A stretch of DNA of 64,000 nt from an uncultured Bacilli bacterium (GTDB lineage Bacteria > Bacillota_I > Bacilli_A > RF39 > UBA660). The position numbers and the translations under genes were made by a program. Where the stretch lies: the NCBI GenBank assembly GCA_947629235.1, contig CANRCX010000003.1, positions 9,069-73,068 of the forward strand, read 5' to 3'. Below are positions 10,121-19,834 of this stretch, piece by piece. The notes under the pieces are model-generated. The model was not told where the DNA came from, did not search any database, and saw nothing but the letters and a program-made list of their open reading frames with translations. How positions within the stretch are numbered: the stretch's first letter is position 1; each line of letters starts with the position of its first letter.

Positions 10121-10147
10121 TATTAAAAAGAGAAGGGAGAGTATATT

Positions 10148-10420
10148 ATGGCAGTTAAAATTAGACTTAAAAGAATGGGAGCTAAAAAAAGACCATACTA
10201 TCGTTTAGTAGTAGCTGATTCAAGAGCTAAAAGAGATGGAAATGTAATTGAATCTATTGGAACTTATATGCCACTAGAAGCAGAAAAATATAATGTTAAT
10301 AAAGAATCTGCATTAAAATGGCTAAAAGAGGGAGCACAACCTACTGATACAGCTAAGAACATTCTAAGTGAAGTAGGTGTTATGGAAGAATTCCATAATT
10401 CTAAAAAATCTAATAAATAA
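10148..10420 (+). CDS. rpsP: 30S ribosomal protein S16
   Basis: [31 protein letters not shown]. Confidence 0.97.
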   Translation: MAVKIRLKRMGAKKRPYYRLVVADSRAKRDGNVIESIGTYMPLEAEKYNVNKESALKWLKEGAQPTDTAKNILSEVGVMEEFHNSKKSNK

Positions 10421-10662
10421 TGAATTTAGTTGAATTTTCAGAATTAGTAGTAAAGAAACTAGTTAAAGAACCAGATCTAGTAAAAGTACAAGAATTTGAA
10501 AGTGATGATGAAACAGTTATTGAAATTGTTGTAGCTGAAAGTGATATGGGTAGAGTAATTGGTAAAAAAGGTAAAATTGCTACTAGTATAAAAACATTAA
10601 TACAAGCAAAAGCTTATAATGATGGAAATAAAAAAGTAAAAGTAAATATAGATTCATTTTAA
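10420..10662 (+). CDS. KH-domain RNA-binding protein (YlqC/UPF0109 family)
   Basis: GRVIGKKGKIATSIKTLI KH GXXG motif; conserved position after rpsP. Confidence 0.85.
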   Translation: MNLVEFSELVVKKLVKEPDLVKVQEFESDDETVIEIVVAESDMGRVIGKKGKIATSIKTLIQAKAYNDGNKKVKVNIDSF

Positions 10663-10668
10663 TAAATT

Positions 10669-10690
10669 GCTAACTTAATTGTTAGCTTTT
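10669..10690 (+). terminator. intrinsic terminator
   Basis: GCTAAC ttaatt GTTAGC followed by TTTT. Confidence 0.6.
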
Positions 10691-10706
10691 ATTATGAAAT
10701 AAAAAC

Positions 10707-10735
10707 TTGAAAAAACATATAAATATATGTATAAT
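10707..10735 (+). promoter_or_regulatory. promoter (TTGAAA-17-TATAAT)
   Basis: TTGAAA 10707..10712, TATAAT 10730..10735. Confidence 0.5.
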
Positions 10736-10760
10736 ACAACTATAAAAAAAGAGGTGCATA

Positions 10761-11258
10761 ATGGATTATTATAATCAAATATTATCTGAGCAATTATACC
10801 CATATTCAAATTTAACATCTGAAGAAAGAGATTTTTATTTAAATTTACTTTTACACACTAAAGAAATTAGTGATAGTCAAAATAAAGTTTCAAAGAACTC
10901 TAGAGCTTGTTATGATATTGAATATTTAAATTTAAATTGCTTTTTAAAAAATGAAACAAAAAGAAATGCATTAATTGATTTTGAAGGAACAATTACAAAT
11001 AGAGATGAAAATAGAATAATAAGAGGTACAATATTTAAACATGGTAATAAATATACTGTTAATACATCTTTTTATAGAACTAGTGGATATATAGATGAAG
11101 AAGAATGTGATTTTAAAGTAATAGATGAATTTACTATAAAAAATGGTAAAACTACAAGAGTGGCAATTTATAGAGATAAAACTTTTGAAGAAGATATATT
11201 ACTTGGAAAAAGAAGTGAAGTAGAAGAATATATAATTAGAAAAGTAAGAAAAATGTAA
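10761..11258 (+). CDS. hypothetical protein
   Basis: 165-aa ORF with GAGGTG Shine-Dalgarno and its own promoter; no motif recognised. Confidence 0.5.
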   Translation: MDYYNQILSEQLYPYSNLTSEERDFYLNLLLHTKEISDSQNKVSKNSRACYDIEYLNLNCFLKNETKRNALIDFEGTITNRDENRIIRGTIFKHGNKYTVNTSFYRTSGYIDEEECDFKVIDEFTIKNGKTTRVAIYRDKTFEEDILLGKRSEVEEYIIRKVRKM

Positions 11259-11268
11259 GTAATTGAAA

Positions 11269-12378
11269 TCAATTACTTTTTTTAAACTTATTTTTTATTT
11301 TATTAAATAATAATACTATTATAGTTAATATAAATAATATACTAAGTGTACTAAATGGATACCATATATATTTATATGATTCTACAAAATCATTTTTTGA
11401 AAATAATAAAGTAGGTATTAAAAATATTATTAACATTATTATAATATTAAATATTCTACTTTTCTTTTTATCTAAATTAAATGTAGATTTAATATTATTA
11501 AATATAAATAAAAGTATCATATTAGATGAGTTAATAATATAAAGTATCCATAGCATAATACTAATATTTTCAATAGAATCTAAAAAGTTAAATAAATTAA
11601 TTCTTTTTAGGGTACTGTAAATAGGATAGTCAAATAAATTGTTAATATTTACACCTGATACACCAATAGTTGTAAACATAGATAAAAATGAAGTTATAAA
11701 TGATAAAGTAAGCATTAAATAATAATGTTTAGTAAATTTATTACTATCAGAAATTTGATTATATTTAATTGCTTGTAAAAAAATTAAAGGAAGTGAAAAG
11801 TATACTGCATAAACTAGTGAAGATATTAATATATTTTTACTACTAGCAGTAATTATTGGTAAAAAGTTTTCAATATTAACTTGTGGTATTAAACTAAAAA
11901 AATCAAACAGAAATATAAATAGTGAAATAAATAATGATATAGTAGAAACCCTAATAGTAGTTTCTATTCCTTTTGAAGCTGTATTAAATGTTACGATTAA
12001 AATAATTAAAAGAATTATAAAATTAGGTGTTTGTATTAAATATTCATTTGATAAAAATAAAGTAAGTCTATATGTTAAAAATATATACATGAGAATAGCA
12101 CCAATTAAAAATAAAATATTTATAATATAAGAAAAAACTTTAAAATCTTTTTTGATACTACTAGCTAAATTTAATTCTTTATGACTTTTAAAAGTTAAAA
12201 GTATAATTGAAGATAAAACTAAACTAATTAGAAATCCAATTAATATTGAAATTAAAGAAGAAGTTTTAGAATAATTTATTATGTAAGCACTAAAAGCACC
12301 ATAAAATGGTGAACTAGTAAGAGCTATTACCATAGTAGATAATCCAAAACTATTTATTTTTTCATCTTTTTCTCTCAT
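11269..12378 (-). CDS. spore germination protein, GerXB-type (amino-acid-permease-like membrane subunit)
   Basis: About 10-TM 369-aa protein overlapping by 4 nt with the upstream GerXC gene in a gerA-type operon. Confidence 0.75.
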   Translation of the reverse strand: MREKDEKINSFGLSTMVIALTSSPFYGAFSAYIINYSKTSSLISILIGFLISLVLSSIILLTFKSHKELNLASSIKKDFKVFSYIINILFLIGAILMYIFLTYRLTLFLSNEYLIQTPNFIILLIILIVTFNTASKGIETTIRVSTISLFISLFIFLFDFFSLIPQVNIENFLPIITASSKNILISSLVYAVYFSLPLIFLQAIKYNQISDSNKFTKHYYLMLTLSFITSFLSMFTTIGVSGVNINNLFDYPIYSTLKRINLFNFLDSIENISIMLWILYIINSSNMILLFIFNNIKSTFNLDKKKSRIFNIIIMLIIFLIPTLLFSKNDFVESYKYIWYPFSTLSILFILTIIVLLFNKIKNKFKKSN

Positions 12379-13463
12379 TTTCTAACTTCTCCTATATATT
12401 TGATAATAGTATCAGTATTTACTTTTACATTAATATCATTTAATTTATTATTCCAATTATTATTTTCAAAATCAAAATATTTTTTATCATGTTTATATAT
12501 ATAATTACCAATACCAATAAAATCAGTTTTATTCTTTTTAGCAATATTAACTATATTATTTATATTTTCATTAATATAATTATTAGAAAGTTTATTTAAT
12601 ATTTCTATTGTTTTACTATCAGATAAATTATATTTACAACTATAGCTATCTATTTTACCAGTTACTTTAGTATTAATATTAAATACTTCATTTTTCCATT
12701 TAAAATTTGAATCTATAAAATAAATATTTAATGAAAAACTTTCTTCTTTATTATCTTTACCTTCACATGGAATATTAATAACAGTTTCTTCTACATTATT
12801 TGTAATAATATTATAAAATACGCCATCTTTATCATCTAAAATAAATTTATTTTTATTATCATCATAAATAACAATACTCTCTAAAAATAGTGTCTCTTCA
12901 TTATTATTCTTTTTTATAGTTAAATTAGGATATATAGGTATTAAACCAACTTCTAATTTCTTATACATATAATCTAAAAATGAAGTAGGGGTAGAAGTTG
13001 AAAATACTTTATTATTAAAATCCATCATATCTTTTATAAATAAAGCAGATCCATCATCTTTTTTATTCATATTAAATATTTTATCTTTATCTTCGTCACT
13101 CACTGTATATAAATAAAAGTTCATTTTAGATTTAGGTTCTCTTAAAAAATAATCATAAAAATCAATATTGTTTTTAATAATACTATCAGTAATAACAACT
13201 ACTTTTAAATGAGATAAAAATATATCTTTATTAGATAATTTTGATATTTCAGCAATACATTCTTCTATAGTATCTCCAGTAGTAGTAAAAACTTTAACAT
13301 TTGTTTTTTCATCATTTTCAATTAATTGAGAAGTTACTTTAAATTTATCATCTTGATAATCTATAATAAGTCCAGTTATAATTACTAAATCATTTACTTC
13401 AACATAATCAAAGCAACCACCTAACATTAAAATTAGACAAACTATAATTAATATTTTTTTCAT
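12375..13463 (-). CDS. Ger(x)C family spore germination lipoprotein
   Basis: Lipobox MKKILIIVCLILMLGGC; size and position between the GerXA and GerXB genes. Confidence 0.75.
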   Translation of the reverse strand: MKKILIIVCLILMLGGCFDYVEVNDLVIITGLIIDYQDDKFKVTSQLIENDEKTNVKVFTTTGDTIEECIAEISKLSNKDIFLSHLKVVVITDSIIKNNIDFYDYFLREPKSKMNFYLYTVSDEDKDKIFNMNKKDDGSALFIKDMMDFNNKVFSTSTPTSFLDYMYKKLEVGLIPIYPNLTIKKNNNEETLFLESIVIYDDNKNKFILDDKDGVFYNIITNNVEETVINIPCEGKDNKEESFSLNIYFIDSNFKWKNEVFNINTKVTGKIDSYSCKYNLSDSKTIEILNKLSNNYINENINNIVNIAKKNKTDFIGIGNYIYKHDKKYFDFENNNWNNKLNDINVKVNTDTIIKYIGEVRK

Positions 13464-13465
13464 AT

Positions 13466-14920
13466 TTAATCCCCTTTATTTATATTTTGTACAAGTAATC
13501 CTTTCTTTATTAGTGTTCTTTTTGATTCATTGAATTTAGGTGCAATAGAATTTAAGAATGGTTTTCCAAATGATTTAATACTACAAAGTTTAGTAATAAT
13601 AAATATAAATCCAAATAGTATTCCAATTATTCCAAAGAATGAAGATAATATCATTAAGAAATATCTATTTACTCTAATAAAAGATTGAAAGTCATGATAT
13701 ACAAAAAATATAGAACAAATAGCAGTAACAGAAATCACTATAACCATAATTGGAGATACTATTCCGGCAGCCACAGCAGCATCACCTAGTACAAGAGCTC
13801 CTAGAATTGAAAGAGAAGTACCTCTCGAAGTTGGAGTAAGTGCATCAGCTTCATATAAAAGTTCAAATGTAAATAATAATATGAAAGCTTCAGTTATCGC
13901 TGGGAATGGAACACCAGATCTTTGAAGAGAAAAATTAACAAGTAAATCAGTAGGTAACATTTGTTGGTCATAAGTAATCAATGAAAGATATACAGAAGGC
14001 GCAAAAATTGTTATAAAAAATGCCATTATTCTTATAAATTTAACAAACAAAGCATATGGTTTTTTCTGGTAATTATCTTCATCATTATAAAAATAATCAA
14101 CAAAAAATGTAGGTATAATTAAAGCATTATTTGAGTTTTCACTAATAATACAAATTTTACCTTCTGTTAAACATTTAGCAATAGTATCAGGCTTTTCAGT
14201 TGATTTAATTGTTGGAAATAATGTTTTATTTTCTTTATTAATTAAATCTTTAATATAATATGTATCTAATATTTTACTAGATTTAATATTTTCAATTTTA
14301 TTTATAACATTATTTAAAAGTTCTTTATTAGCAAGTGAATCCATATACATAATAGAAATTCTAGTTCTTGTTTTACTTCCAAGCACTAGTTCTTTTATAT
14401 GTAAATCTCTATCTTTAATTCTTCTTCTAACAAGACCAATATTAGTATTATAATTTTCATTAAAAGCATCTTTTGGTCCTTTAATAGTGGGTTCACTTGT
14501 TGGTTCAGTGACACCTCTATCTAAAAGTGCTTTTGTTTCCATTGCTATTATTTCATCTTTATAAATAATAATAGTAAATCCATCAAATAAATAATTAAAT
14601 ACTTCACTTTCTTTAATATCAATAAAACTAATAGATGGAACAAAGTTTGATATATCATGCTTTAGTGATGAAATTACTTCACTTTTAAATAAACTTCTAT
14701 CTGCTAGATAATTAAGTACAAAATCATTTGATTGAATAGATGAAGAAACAGTTTGTATATTAACAACATAAACTTTATTCATACCAAAAGACATCTCTTT
14801 TATTTGGATGTCAGGCATAAATTCTTTTGAATTGTATAATTCATCTATTATTTTCATATTATTATTGTGGCTTATATTTATAAAAAAATGTATTTTGTGA
14901 CTAATTTTTCTAAGTTGCAT
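13466..14920 (-). CDS. spore germination protein, GerXA-type subunit (true start possibly ATG at 14857)
   Basis: Core similar to GerAA/GerKA (TEPTSEPTIKGPKDAFNE, VRRRIKD, QRSGVPFPAITEAFILLFTFELLYEA, LGALVLGDAAV). The first 21 codons would leave only 27 bp to cotE. Confidence 0.85.
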   Translation of the reverse strand: MQLRKISHKIHFFINISHNNNMKIIDELYNSKEFMPDIQIKEMSFGMNKVYVVNIQTVSSSIQSNDFVLNYLADRSLFKSEVISSLKHDISNFVPSISFIDIKESEVFNYLFDGFTIIIYKDEIIAMETKALLDRGVTEPTSEPTIKGPKDAFNENYNTNIGLVRRRIKDRDLHIKELVLGSKTRTRISIMYMDSLANKELLNNVINKIENIKSSKILDTYYIKDLINKENKTLFPTIKSTEKPDTIAKCLTEGKICIISENSNNALIIPTFFVDYFYNDEDNYQKKPYALFVKFIRIMAFFITIFAPSVYLSLITYDQQMLPTDLLVNFSLQRSGVPFPAITEAFILLFTFELLYEADALTPTSRGTSLSILGALVLGDAAVAAGIVSPIMVIVISVTAICSIFFVYHDFQSFIRVNRYFLMILSSFFGIIGILFGFIFIITKLCSIKSFGKPFLNSIAPKFNESKRTLIKKGLLVQNINKGD

Positions 14921-14947
14921 ATTTTATTATAGGGAGGGACAAATGTC

Positions 14948-15511
14948 ATGTTTAACAATTATAAAGAAATAGTTACAAAGGCAATTATTGGTAAAGGAAA
15001 AAAGACATTTAAAAACGATTATGAAATTACTATAGATAAGGAAGCTGATACTGTACTTGGTTGTTGGGTTATAAATCATAAACTAAAAGGAGTTAAGGAA
15101 GATGATTATATCAAAATTAATGGAAGTTATGATATAAACATTTGGTATAGTTATGATAATAATACTAAAACTGATGTAGTTAGTAAGAAAATGTTTTATG
15201 AAGAAAAAGTACATGTTCGTATAAAAGATAACTCATCTTTAGATGATGATAGTGAAATTATAATTAGAAGTCTTAAAAATCCTACTTGTATAGATGTAAG
15301 TAATGAAGATAAAACAATTAAATATACTATATCTAAAGAACTTGGTATAGAAATAGTAGGAGATCAAAAAATAAGAATACCAGTATCAAATAATGAAGAT
15401 GATTATGATATTATTATAGATGAAGAAGAAATAAATAAAGAGATAGATAAACAAGTTAATGTTAATTATCTTGAAGATAAAGATAAAGAAAATAATGAAA
15501 ATAAACAGTGA
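14948..15511 (+). CDS. cotE: outer spore coat morphogenetic protein CotE
   Basis: YKEIVTKAIIGKGKK...LGCWVINHK...INGSYDINIWYSYDNNTKTDVV parallels B. subtilis CotE (YREIITKAVVAKGRK...GGWIINHK...YYDINVWYSYADNTKTEVV). Acidic C-terminal tail. Confidence 0.85.
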   Translation: MFNNYKEIVTKAIIGKGKKTFKNDYEITIDKEADTVLGCWVINHKLKGVKEDDYIKINGSYDINIWYSYDNNTKTDVVSKKMFYEEKVHVRIKDNSSLDDDSEIIIRSLKNPTCIDVSNEDKTIKYTISKELGIEIVGDQKIRIPVSNNEDDYDIIIDEEEINKEIDKQVNVNYLEDKDKENNENKQ

Positions 15512-15524
15512 AAACTGTTTTTTT
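15503..15524 (+). terminator. intrinsic terminator of cotE
   Basis: AAACAG tgaaaa CTGTTT followed by TTTT; includes the TGA stop. Confidence 0.55.
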
Positions 15525-15571
15525 AGTGTAATTAATTATAAATGTGATAAAATATATTTATAGGAGTATAT

Positions 15572-15952
15572 ATGAATAGAGAACAAATATTAAAAATATT
15601 AAAGAAATATAATTTTAATCCTAAAAAATATGTAGTGATTAGTGGAGCTGCAATGGTATTATATGGTTTTAGAGAAGAAACACCAGATATAGATATAGCA
15701 GTAACTAAAGAATATTATAATGAACTATTAGAAAAATATGATTGTGTACTTGAAAATATAGATAAAAATGGAAATAAAGCTTATTTAATAGATGATATTG
15801 TTAACTTTGGTACAAACTATTATTGTAGAAGTAAAGAGTATATTGAAAATATACCTGTACAAAGACTAAAAGACTTAATTGCATTAAAACAAAAATTAAA
15901 TAGAACTAAAGATAAAAAAGATTTAAAATTAATATTTGAGAAAATGAAATAG
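15572..15952 (+). CDS. hypothetical protein, possible minimal nucleotidyltransferase fold
   Basis: ISGAAMVLYGFREETPDIDIAV resembles the GS-x9-DxD nucleotidyltransferase signature. Confidence 0.4.
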   Translation: MNREQILKILKKYNFNPKKYVVISGAAMVLYGFREETPDIDIAVTKEYYNELLEKYDCVLENIDKNGNKAYLIDDIVNFGTNYYCRSKEYIENIPVQRLKDLIALKQKLNRTKDKKDLKLIFEKMK

Positions 15953-15963
15953 TAGGGAGAAAA

Positions 15964-17148
15964 ATGAAAAATAAACAACAAAGAAATATAAAAAAAATAA
16001 GTGATAGTATATTTTTAATAGTTATTACAATTATAATTGTTATTGGATTTTCTACATTATTTATGAAACCTAAAAAAAGATCTGAAGTAGAAAATAGAAA
16101 TTTAGATAAATTTGAAATTCCAACAATAAAAACATTTATTAATGGTAGCTTTCAAGATAATTTAGAAAGTGCTCTTGCAGATCAATTTATAGCAAGTAGA
16201 AAAATTAAAATAATAGCAAATAAAATATTTAATAATATTGATATAAAAAATATTAATAAAAAAATATGTGAAAATAAGTATGTTTATTTAAATACAGAAC
16301 ATGCATCTTTTGATTGTGATAATTCAATTATAAATACTCCTACAAATATAGACAATTATACTAAAAATATTAACAAGCAATTAGAATATTTTAGTAAAGT
16401 TAATACTTTAAAAGATACATATTATTATGTTATAGATAGTGGATATGCATATGACTATGAAAATCAAAAATATATAGTAGATACATTTTCAATTTTAAAA
16501 GATAATTTAAAAAATAAATATAAAATATCAAAGCTTGAAGTAAATAATTATGATGAATATAAAAATTATTTTTATAAAACAGATCATCATTGGAATTTAA
16601 ATGGTTCTTATCAAGGATATAAAGATATTATTAAAATGATTTATCCTAATGATAAAGTTTTAGTACCAGTGGGAACAAAAACAATAAAGAAATATAAATT
16701 TAATGGTAGTAATTCTAGAGCATCAAAATATATTAAATTAAATGAAGAATTTAAATATTATGATTTTGAATTACCAGAACATTATGAATATGTTAATGGA
16801 TATTTAGATAATTATGGAAATTATACTAATCCAGAAAGTGACTTAAAGCCTTATAGAAATATATATGGTATAGTGTATGGTGAAGATTATAAAGAAATAG
16901 TTTTTGATTTTAAAAATCCTAAAAAAGAAAATTTGCTTTTAATAGCATCTTCATATTCAAATCCAATTAATCGTTTAATAGCAAGTCATTTTGATAAAAC
17001 ATATGTAGTTGATTTTAGACATTATGAAAATTTTAATATTGAAGAGTATTTAAAAGCACATGATATTGATAAAATATTAGTTATAGCATCAACTGATGTT
17101 TTAATAGAAGAAGATTTTACTCTAGGGGATGATAATAATGTTATTTAG
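15964..17148 (+). CDS. DHHW-motif protein (partner of MBOAT O-acyltransferase)
   Basis: N-terminal TM segment and FYKTDHHWNLNGSYQGY motif; overlaps the MBOAT gene. Confidence 0.75.
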   Translation: MKNKQQRNIKKISDSIFLIVITIIIVIGFSTLFMKPKKRSEVENRNLDKFEIPTIKTFINGSFQDNLESALADQFIASRKIKIIANKIFNNIDIKNINKKICENKYVYLNTEHASFDCDNSIINTPTNIDNYTKNINKQLEYFSKVNTLKDTYYYVIDSGYAYDYENQKYIVDTFSILKDNLKNKYKISKLEVNNYDEYKNYFYKTDHHWNLNGSYQGYKDIIKMIYPNDKVLVPVGTKTIKKYKFNGSNSRASKYIKLNEEFKYYDFELPEHYEYVNGYLDNYGNYTNPESDLKPYRNIYGIVYGEDYKEIVFDFKNPKKENLLLIASSYSNPINRLIASHFDKTYVVDFRHYENFNIEEYLKAHDIDKILVIASTDVLIEEDFTLGDDNNVI

Positions 17149-18541
17149 TAGTTTGACATTTTTAATTATATTTTTACCTATTTTATTAATTTTATATTAT
17201 ATATCAAAAGATAAATATAGAAATATTATATTATTTATATTTTCACTGTTATTTTATGCTTGGGGTGAACCAAAATATATATTTTTGATGTTATTATCTA
17301 TTGTAATAAATTATTTTTTAGCAATATTTATTGATAAATTTAAAAGTAAAAATAATAAAAGAATTATAATGATTCTAGCAGTTATATTTAATGTATCATT
17401 ATTATTTGTATTTAAATATCTTAATTTCTTTATAACAAATATAAATAGTTTATTTAATACAAATTTAGGGTTATTAAAAGTAACACTACCAATTGGAATA
17501 AGTTTTTATACATTTCAAATATTATCTTATGTAATAGATGTATATAAAAAAGAAGTAAGTGTTCAGAAAAACATTATATCACTCGGTACTTATATTGCAT
17601 TATTTCCACAATTAATAGCAGGACCAATTGTAAGATATAGTACTATTGAAGAAGAGTTAAATAATAGAAAAGTTACATATGATAAATTTATAAGTGGAGT
17701 TAAAAGATTTATAATTGGTTTATCTAAAAAAGTAATAATAGCTAATAATATGGCTATGATAGCAGATACTATTTTTAATAGTCCAAGTGTTAGTGAATAT
17801 AATTTCTTATTAATTCTACTTGCAACACTTTCTTATACATTCCAGATATATTTTGATTTTAGTGGATACTCTGATATGGCTATTGGTTTAGGAAAAATGT
17901 TTGGATTTGAATTTTTAGAAAACTTTAATTATCCTTATATATCAAAAAGTATAACTGAATTTTGGAGAAGATGGCATATATCACTATCAACATGGTTTAG
18001 AGATTATGTATATATACCACTTGGAGGCAATAGATGTTCTAAACCAAGATGGATATTTAATACATTTATTGTATGGCTTTTAACAGGTTTATGGCATGGA
18101 GATAGTTGGAATTTTATAATATGGGGACTTTATTTCTTTGTATTATTAATGATAGAAAAATTATTTTTACATAAATTATTAGATAAATTACCAAAATTTA
18201 TTAATTGGATTTACTCATTCATATTAATTAATTTTGGATGGCTTATATTTAGAGTAGAGAATGTAAACACATTATTTACATTAATTAAAAATATATTTAC
18301 ATTTAATAAAGGAAATCTATATTTAGAAATAGCACATAATTATTATTTAATACAATATTTACCATTTTTATTATTAGCATTTATATTTAGTATGCCAATA
18401 ATTAAATATTTAGATAGTAAAATAACTAATAATAATTTTAAATCAATTGTTTCAAATATAACTTTAATTTTATTATTTATAACTTGTATTATATTTTTAA
18501 TAAATAATAGTTATAATCCATTTATATATTTTAGATTTTAA
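17138..18541 (+). CDS. MBOAT family O-acyltransferase (AlgI/DltB-like)
   Basis: MLFSSLTF start typical of AlgI-like proteins; FWRRWHISLSTWFRDYVYIPLGGNR and LLTGLWHG catalytic His motifs. The ORF track start at 17129 is 3 codons upstream. Confidence 0.85.
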   Translation: MLFSSLTFLIIFLPILLILYYISKDKYRNIILFIFSLLFYAWGEPKYIFLMLLSIVINYFLAIFIDKFKSKNNKRIIMILAVIFNVSLLFVFKYLNFFITNINSLFNTNLGLLKVTLPIGISFYTFQILSYVIDVYKKEVSVQKNIISLGTYIALFPQLIAGPIVRYSTIEEELNNRKVTYDKFISGVKRFIIGLSKKVIIANNMAMIADTIFNSPSVSEYNFLLILLATLSYTFQIYFDFSGYSDMAIGLGKMFGFEFLENFNYPYISKSITEFWRRWHISLSTWFRDYVYIPLGGNRCSKPRWIFNTFIVWLLTGLWHGDSWNFIIWGLYFFVLLMIEKLFLHKLLDKLPKFINWIYSFILINFGWLIFRVENVNTLFTLIKNIFTFNKGNLYLEIAHNYYLIQYLPFLLLAFIFSMPIIKYLDSKITNNNFKSIVSNITLILLFITCIIFLINNSYNPFIYFRF

Positions 18542-18566
18542 TGCATAAAATATATTAAAAGTCAAA

Positions 18567-18594
18567 TTGACAAATTTATAAATAGTTGTATAAT
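18567..18594 (+). promoter_or_regulatory. promoter (TTGACA-16-TATAAT)
   Basis: TTGACA 18567..18572, TATAAT 18589..18594. Confidence 0.5.
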
Positions 18595-18636
18595 AATTTT
18601 CAATCACTTAAAGTGATGAAAGGAAAACAATAATAT

Positions 18637-19671
18637 ATGCAAAATAGTAAATGTATCAAGGAATGTCTTGATAAGCTATTAAGTAGTAATGATACAGTAT
18701 TTATAGTGCCACATAATAGACCAGATTTTGATGCATTAGGAGCTTCTATTGGTATGTCTTTAATTTGTAAAAGAAATAAAAAAAGAAATTATATAGTAAT
18801 AGATGATAATTATGAAACACTTACATCTAGTACTAAGAAAATGATATATGATATAAAGTCAGATTTTGATTTAATAAAATCTGATGAAATAAATAATTTA
18901 ATAACTGATAAATCTTTGTTAATAGCAGTAGATGTAAATAAAGATTATCTAGTACCAGTAAGAAAATATTTAGAAAACTTTAATGATATTTTTGTACTTG
19001 ATCATCATTCTCCTGATGAACATACTATAAAAACTCCTTATACATTTATTGATCCAAAACTTTCTAGTACAAGTGAAGAAGTTAGTAGGTTAGTATTCCT
19101 TAATGGAGCAAAATTAACTCCAAATTATGCTAATTATTTACTTGCAGGTATTATATTAGATACTAATAAGTTAAGTAAAAATACAGCTGCTAGTACTTTA
19201 TCAGTTGCTGCAAAGCTAGTTGAAAAAGGTGCTGATGCTACTATTGCAAATAATTTATTTTTAGAAGATTATGAACATGATAGAGCAATACAAAGACTTG
19301 TTGACAATACAGATTTTCCTACATATGTTTATGCAATAGCAACAGACTCTGATAATAGTTTAAAATTATATCAATCTGAAGATATTGCTAAAGCTGCAGA
19401 TTATTTACTTAAATATAATGTAAATGCAACATTTGCAATAGCTAGAATAGATGAAGATACTATTTCTATTAGTGCAAGAGGTAAAGGAAGCATAGATGTA
19501 TCTAAAATAATGAGATTATTTGGTGGTGGTGGAAATGAATTCTCCGCAGCAGCAAGAGTAAAAGGTAAAAGTATTAGTGAAATAAAAGAAGAATTAAATG
19601 AAATATTAAATCCATCAAATTATTTAATATGTGAAAAGTTAGATAAACAATTGACACTTTCTTTAAATTAA
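18637..19671 (+). CDS. DHH/DHHA1 family phosphoesterase (NrnA/GdpP-catalytic-domain-like)
   Basis: VPHNRPDFDALGAS (motif I), VDVN, VLDHHSP (DHH), and a DHHA1 glycine motif present as FGGGGNEFSAAA. Confidence 0.7.
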   Translation: MQNSKCIKECLDKLLSSNDTVFIVPHNRPDFDALGASIGMSLICKRNKKRNYIVIDDNYETLTSSTKKMIYDIKSDFDLIKSDEINNLITDKSLLIAVDVNKDYLVPVRKYLENFNDIFVLDHHSPDEHTIKTPYTFIDPKLSSTSEEVSRLVFLNGAKLTPNYANYLLAGIILDTNKLSKNTAASTLSVAAKLVEKGADATIANNLFLEDYEHDRAIQRLVDNTDFPTYVYAIATDSDNSLKLYQSEDIAKAADYLLKYNVNATFAIARIDEDTISISARGKGSIDVSKIMRLFGGGGNEFSAAARVKGKSISEIKEELNEILNPSNYLICEKLDKQLTLSLN

Positions 19672-19791
19672 TAATTTATATGTAAAAATATGTAAAATAA
19701 AATTGTAATTAAAAAATTAAAATGATAACATATAAATATGGGTGTGGTAATATGAAGTATTTTAATTCCATAATTATATTTAAAAAATTAT

Positions 19792-19816
19792 AGAGTATTT
19801 TTGAATACTCTTTTTT
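19792..19816 (+). terminator. intrinsic terminator 18 nt upstream of the prs start (terminator of the DHH gene and/or prs leader attenuator)
   Basis: AGAGTATT tttg AATACTCT followed by TTTTT. Confidence 0.6.
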
Positions 19817-19834
19817 AGTGGAAAGGAAGAAAAA

